Assembly (NCBI GenBank): GCA_007693555.1
Contig: REDJ01000063.1
Coordinates: 9,062 to 73,061 of the forward strand
DNA from: Bacteroidota bacterium
GTDB lineage: Bacteria; Bacteroidota; Bacteroidia; Bacteroidales; UBA7960
Reading direction: 5' to 3'
Length of the DNA: 64,000 bases
The number at the start of each line of letters is the position of its first letter. Position 1 is the stretch's first letter. Under the pieces are notes generated by a model. It worked only from the letters and a program-made list of their open reading frames with translations, was not told the DNA's origin and did not search any database. This document shows, piece after piece, positions 61,731 through 64,000 of this stretch. The translations under genes and the position numbers were made by a program.

Positions 61731-63092
61731 ATGATGCATAACCCTGCGATCAATAATATTTCACCAATCGACGGCAGATACCAGCATGCCACGCAACCCT
61801 TGCAGAAGTATTTCAGTGAGGCTGCACTCATTAAATACCGTGTTTTTGTTGAAATCAAATACTTCATTGCATTATATAAACACGGCTTGCCTGAACTTGC
61901 AGGCTTATCCGATGGTGACATTGAAAGTATTGATAATATTTATCATAACTTCTCTGATAATGATGCCCAAAGGATAAAGGAAATTGAAAGAACCACCAAC
62001 CATGATATAAAAGCGGTTGAATACTTTTTAAAGGAGAAATTTGATGATTTGGCCCTGGGAAAGTTCAGGGAGTTCATACACTTTGGGCTTACCTCACAGG
62101 ATATAAATAACACCGCTATCCCTCTTTCCCTAAAAGAAGGAATTCTGGAGGTCATGGTTCCGGCATTGGATAAATTGCTGGCTCAGCTCAGGGAATTATC
62201 GAAACTCTGGCTTGAAATCCCCATGCTTGCCCATACACATGGTCAACCAGCTTCTCCTACCACCGTTGGAAAAGAAATTTATGTATTTCATTATCGGCTT
62301 GAAAGACAAATCAATCAGCTATTGGCGCTGCCTTTCCCTGCAAAGTTTGGAGGAGCAACAGGGAATTTCAACGCCCATAAGGTAGCTTATCCTGATATCA
62401 ACTGGAATGAGTTTGCTGATTTTTTCGTAAACAAAACCCTTAAACTACAGCGCTCCGAAGTAACTACCCAGATTGAACATTATGATTTCCTGGCTTCCAT
62501 ATTTGATGGTCTGAAAAGGATCTGCACAATCATAATTGATTTAAACCGCGATGCCTGGTCCTATATTTCCATGAACTATTTCAAGCAAAAAATAAAGGAA
62601 GGTGAAGTGGGTTCTTCAGCCATGCCCCATAAAGTAAATCCTATTGACTTTGAAAATTCGGAAGGTAATGCGGGCATTGCTATAGCATTATTTGAGCATC
62701 TTGCATCAAAACTACCCATTTCACGGCTTCAGCGCGACCTCACCGATTCAACAGTTCTGCGCAATATCGGTTTGCCCCTTGCCCATATGCTCATTACCAT
62801 AAACTCAACCCTGCGCGGGCTTGACAAGCTTATTATCAATCAGGATGCAATAAATCGTGACCTGGAAAATAACTGGATAGTAATTGCCGAAGCTATACAA
62901 ACTGCACTTCGTAAGGTAAACTATCCACAGCCCTATGAAAAACTTAAAGAATTGACACGTACACACGATCAGATTGGTAAAGAAACCATCCATCAATTCA
63001 TAAGATCACTTGATATTGATCATGAGCTCAAAGAGCAGTTGCTCCGGATATCTCCCTTTAATTACATCGGTATTTTACCTGAAATTGATTAA
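61731..63092 (+). CDS. purB: adenylosuccinate lyase
   Basis: SPIDGRYQ at the N-terminus, the fumarate-lyase signature GSSAMPHKVNP, and TSQDINN. ATG at 61731 is preferred to the track's TTG at 61713. Confidence 0.95.
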   Translation: MMHNPAINNISPIDGRYQHATQPLQKYFSEAALIKYRVFVEIKYFIALYKHGLPELAGLSDGDIESIDNIYHNFSDNDAQRIKEIERTTNHDIKAVEYFLKEKFDDLALGKFREFIHFGLTSQDINNTAIPLSLKEGILEVMVPALDKLLAQLRELSKLWLEIPMLAHTHGQPASPTTVGKEIYVFHYRLERQINQLLALPFPAKFGGATGNFNAHKVAYPDINWNEFADFFVNKTLKLQRSEVTTQIEHYDFLASIFDGLKRICTIIIDLNRDAWSYISMNYFKQKIKEGEVGSSAMPHKVNPIDFENSEGNAGIAIALFEHLASKLPISRLQRDLTDSTVLRNIGLPLAHMLITINSTLRGLDKLIINQDAINRDLENNWIVIAEAIQTALRKVNYPQPYEKLKELTRTHDQIGKETIHQFIRSLDIDHELKEQLLRISPFNYIGILPEID

Positions 63093-63137
63093 AAAAACGA
63101 ATAACAGGGCAGCAAACCCTTTCTCCGTTGATAACAT

Positions 63138-64000
63138 ATGGACAAATACAGGAAAATTTTAAATTACATTTTACCCTATAAAACAAGGGTTCTCTTGAAC
63201 GTATTTTTTAATTTTCTGAGTGTGGTATTCAATGTTTTTTCTGTTACAATGATCATCCCGGTGCTGGGAATTCTTTTTGAAACTCAACCCATTGTAGTCG
63301 AGCGGATACCTTTTGAATTTACCACAGAAGCAATACAGAACAATTTCTATTATTTCATCAGCACACTGATGATTCGGTTTGGAAATATCAATACCCTGAT
63401 ATTTCTGGGACTATTCGCAATTACTACAAGTTTTTTCAAAAATGGGTTTAAATACCTGGCCATGTTTCATCTGGCATGGTTAAGAAATGTGGTTGTAAAA
63501 GATATCCGTAACGATCTTTACCAAAAATCTATCAATCTTCCACTATCCTACCATTCCAGTGAAAAGAAGGGCGATCTGATCAGCAGGATGACGAGCGATG
63601 TTCAGCAGATTGAGCATAGTATTATCAGCTCACTTGAGATGATCTTCCGGGAGCCCATCACCATCCTGGTTTACCTGATTACCTTATTACTTATCAGTCC
63701 TCAGCTTACGCTTGTAGTTTTTATTCTACTTCCCTTGAGTGGGTTTCTCATAGGAAGGATTGGAAAAACTCTGCGATCCACAGCATTGAAGGGGCAAAAT
63801 AAACTAGGAGTTATCCTATCAGTGCTTGAGGAAACTCTTTCGGGCATGCGTGTGATTAAAGCTTTTAATGCTGAAAGCAAAATGAAAGAAAGATTCTTCA
63901 GCCTGAACAGTTTTTATACCCGCATAATGACCAAAATGTACCGGAAACAATACCTCGCCTCACCCGTCAGCGAATTCATGGGCACTGCGGTGGTTGTTAT
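63138..64000 (+). CDS. ABC transporter permease/ATPase, MsbA-like exporter (N-terminal TMD only; runs off the right edge)
   Basis: Absent from the track because it is truncated. Sequence begins MDKYRKILNYILPYKTRVLLNVFFNFLSVVF and continues ...SYHSSEKKGDLISRMTSDVQQIE..., typical of a type I ABC exporter TMD. Confidence 0.8.
   Translation, partial: MDKYRKILNYILPYKTRVLLNVFFNFLSVVFNVFSVTMIIPVLGILFETQPIVVERIPFEFTTEAIQNNFYYFISTLMIRFGNINTLIFLGLFAITTSFFKNGFKYLAMFHLAWLRNVVVKDIRNDLYQKSINLPLSYHSSEKKGDLISRMTSDVQQIEHSIISSLEMIFREPITILVYLITLLLISPQLTLVVFILLPLSGFLIGRIGKTLRSTALKGQNKLGVILSVLEETLSGMRVIKAFNAESKMKERFFSLNSFYTRIMTKMYRKQYLASPVSEFMGTAVVV

Overview
This AT-rich, gene-dense 64-kb window looks like core chromosome of a Bacteroidota-type bacterium. 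The evidence is eukaryote-like NADP-IDH and citrate synthase, long-form IspG, a 645-aa YidC, BlaI/BlaR1 and DUF3857/transglutaminase pairs, and many lipoprotein-type signal peptides. I support about 55 protein-coding genes and find no rRNA, tRNA, CRISPR array, transposase or integrase. Most genes are housekeeping: lipA, an icd-gltA-acnA block plus an antiquitin-type aldehyde dehydrogenase, ligA, ispG, pyrC, pyrG, yidC, purB, arcC and an ornithine carbamoyltransferase. Several ORF-track starts are TTG/GTG extensions, and I moved them to more plausible ATGs. The best candidate for something undescribed is at 10.6-12.1 kb. There an ORF too short for the track (34-54 aa, Lys-rich leader, C-terminal QCCAKLSPNQVGCHD) lies 36 nt upstream of a radical SAM enzyme with a complete SPASM motif. 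An ArsM-like methyltransferase sits upstream of it, and a hairpin and repeat mosaic follows. This fits a RiPP precursor/maturase locus, but that call is inference only. Secondary points are listed here.
- An HglS-like/YdiJ-like pair plus ALDH7 suggests lysine is routed to 2-oxoglutarate.
- A REC-PAS, adenylate cyclase, HD and tandem-USP island forms a signalling cluster.
- A BlaI/BlaR1 module has two palindromic operators and a sensor tail of 27-aa repeats.
- A hemerythrin-like protein is paired with a LuxR regulator whose receiver lacks the phospho-acceptor Asp.
- Three unusually long intergenic spacers are filled with heptamer microsatellites and GC-rich mini-hairpins.
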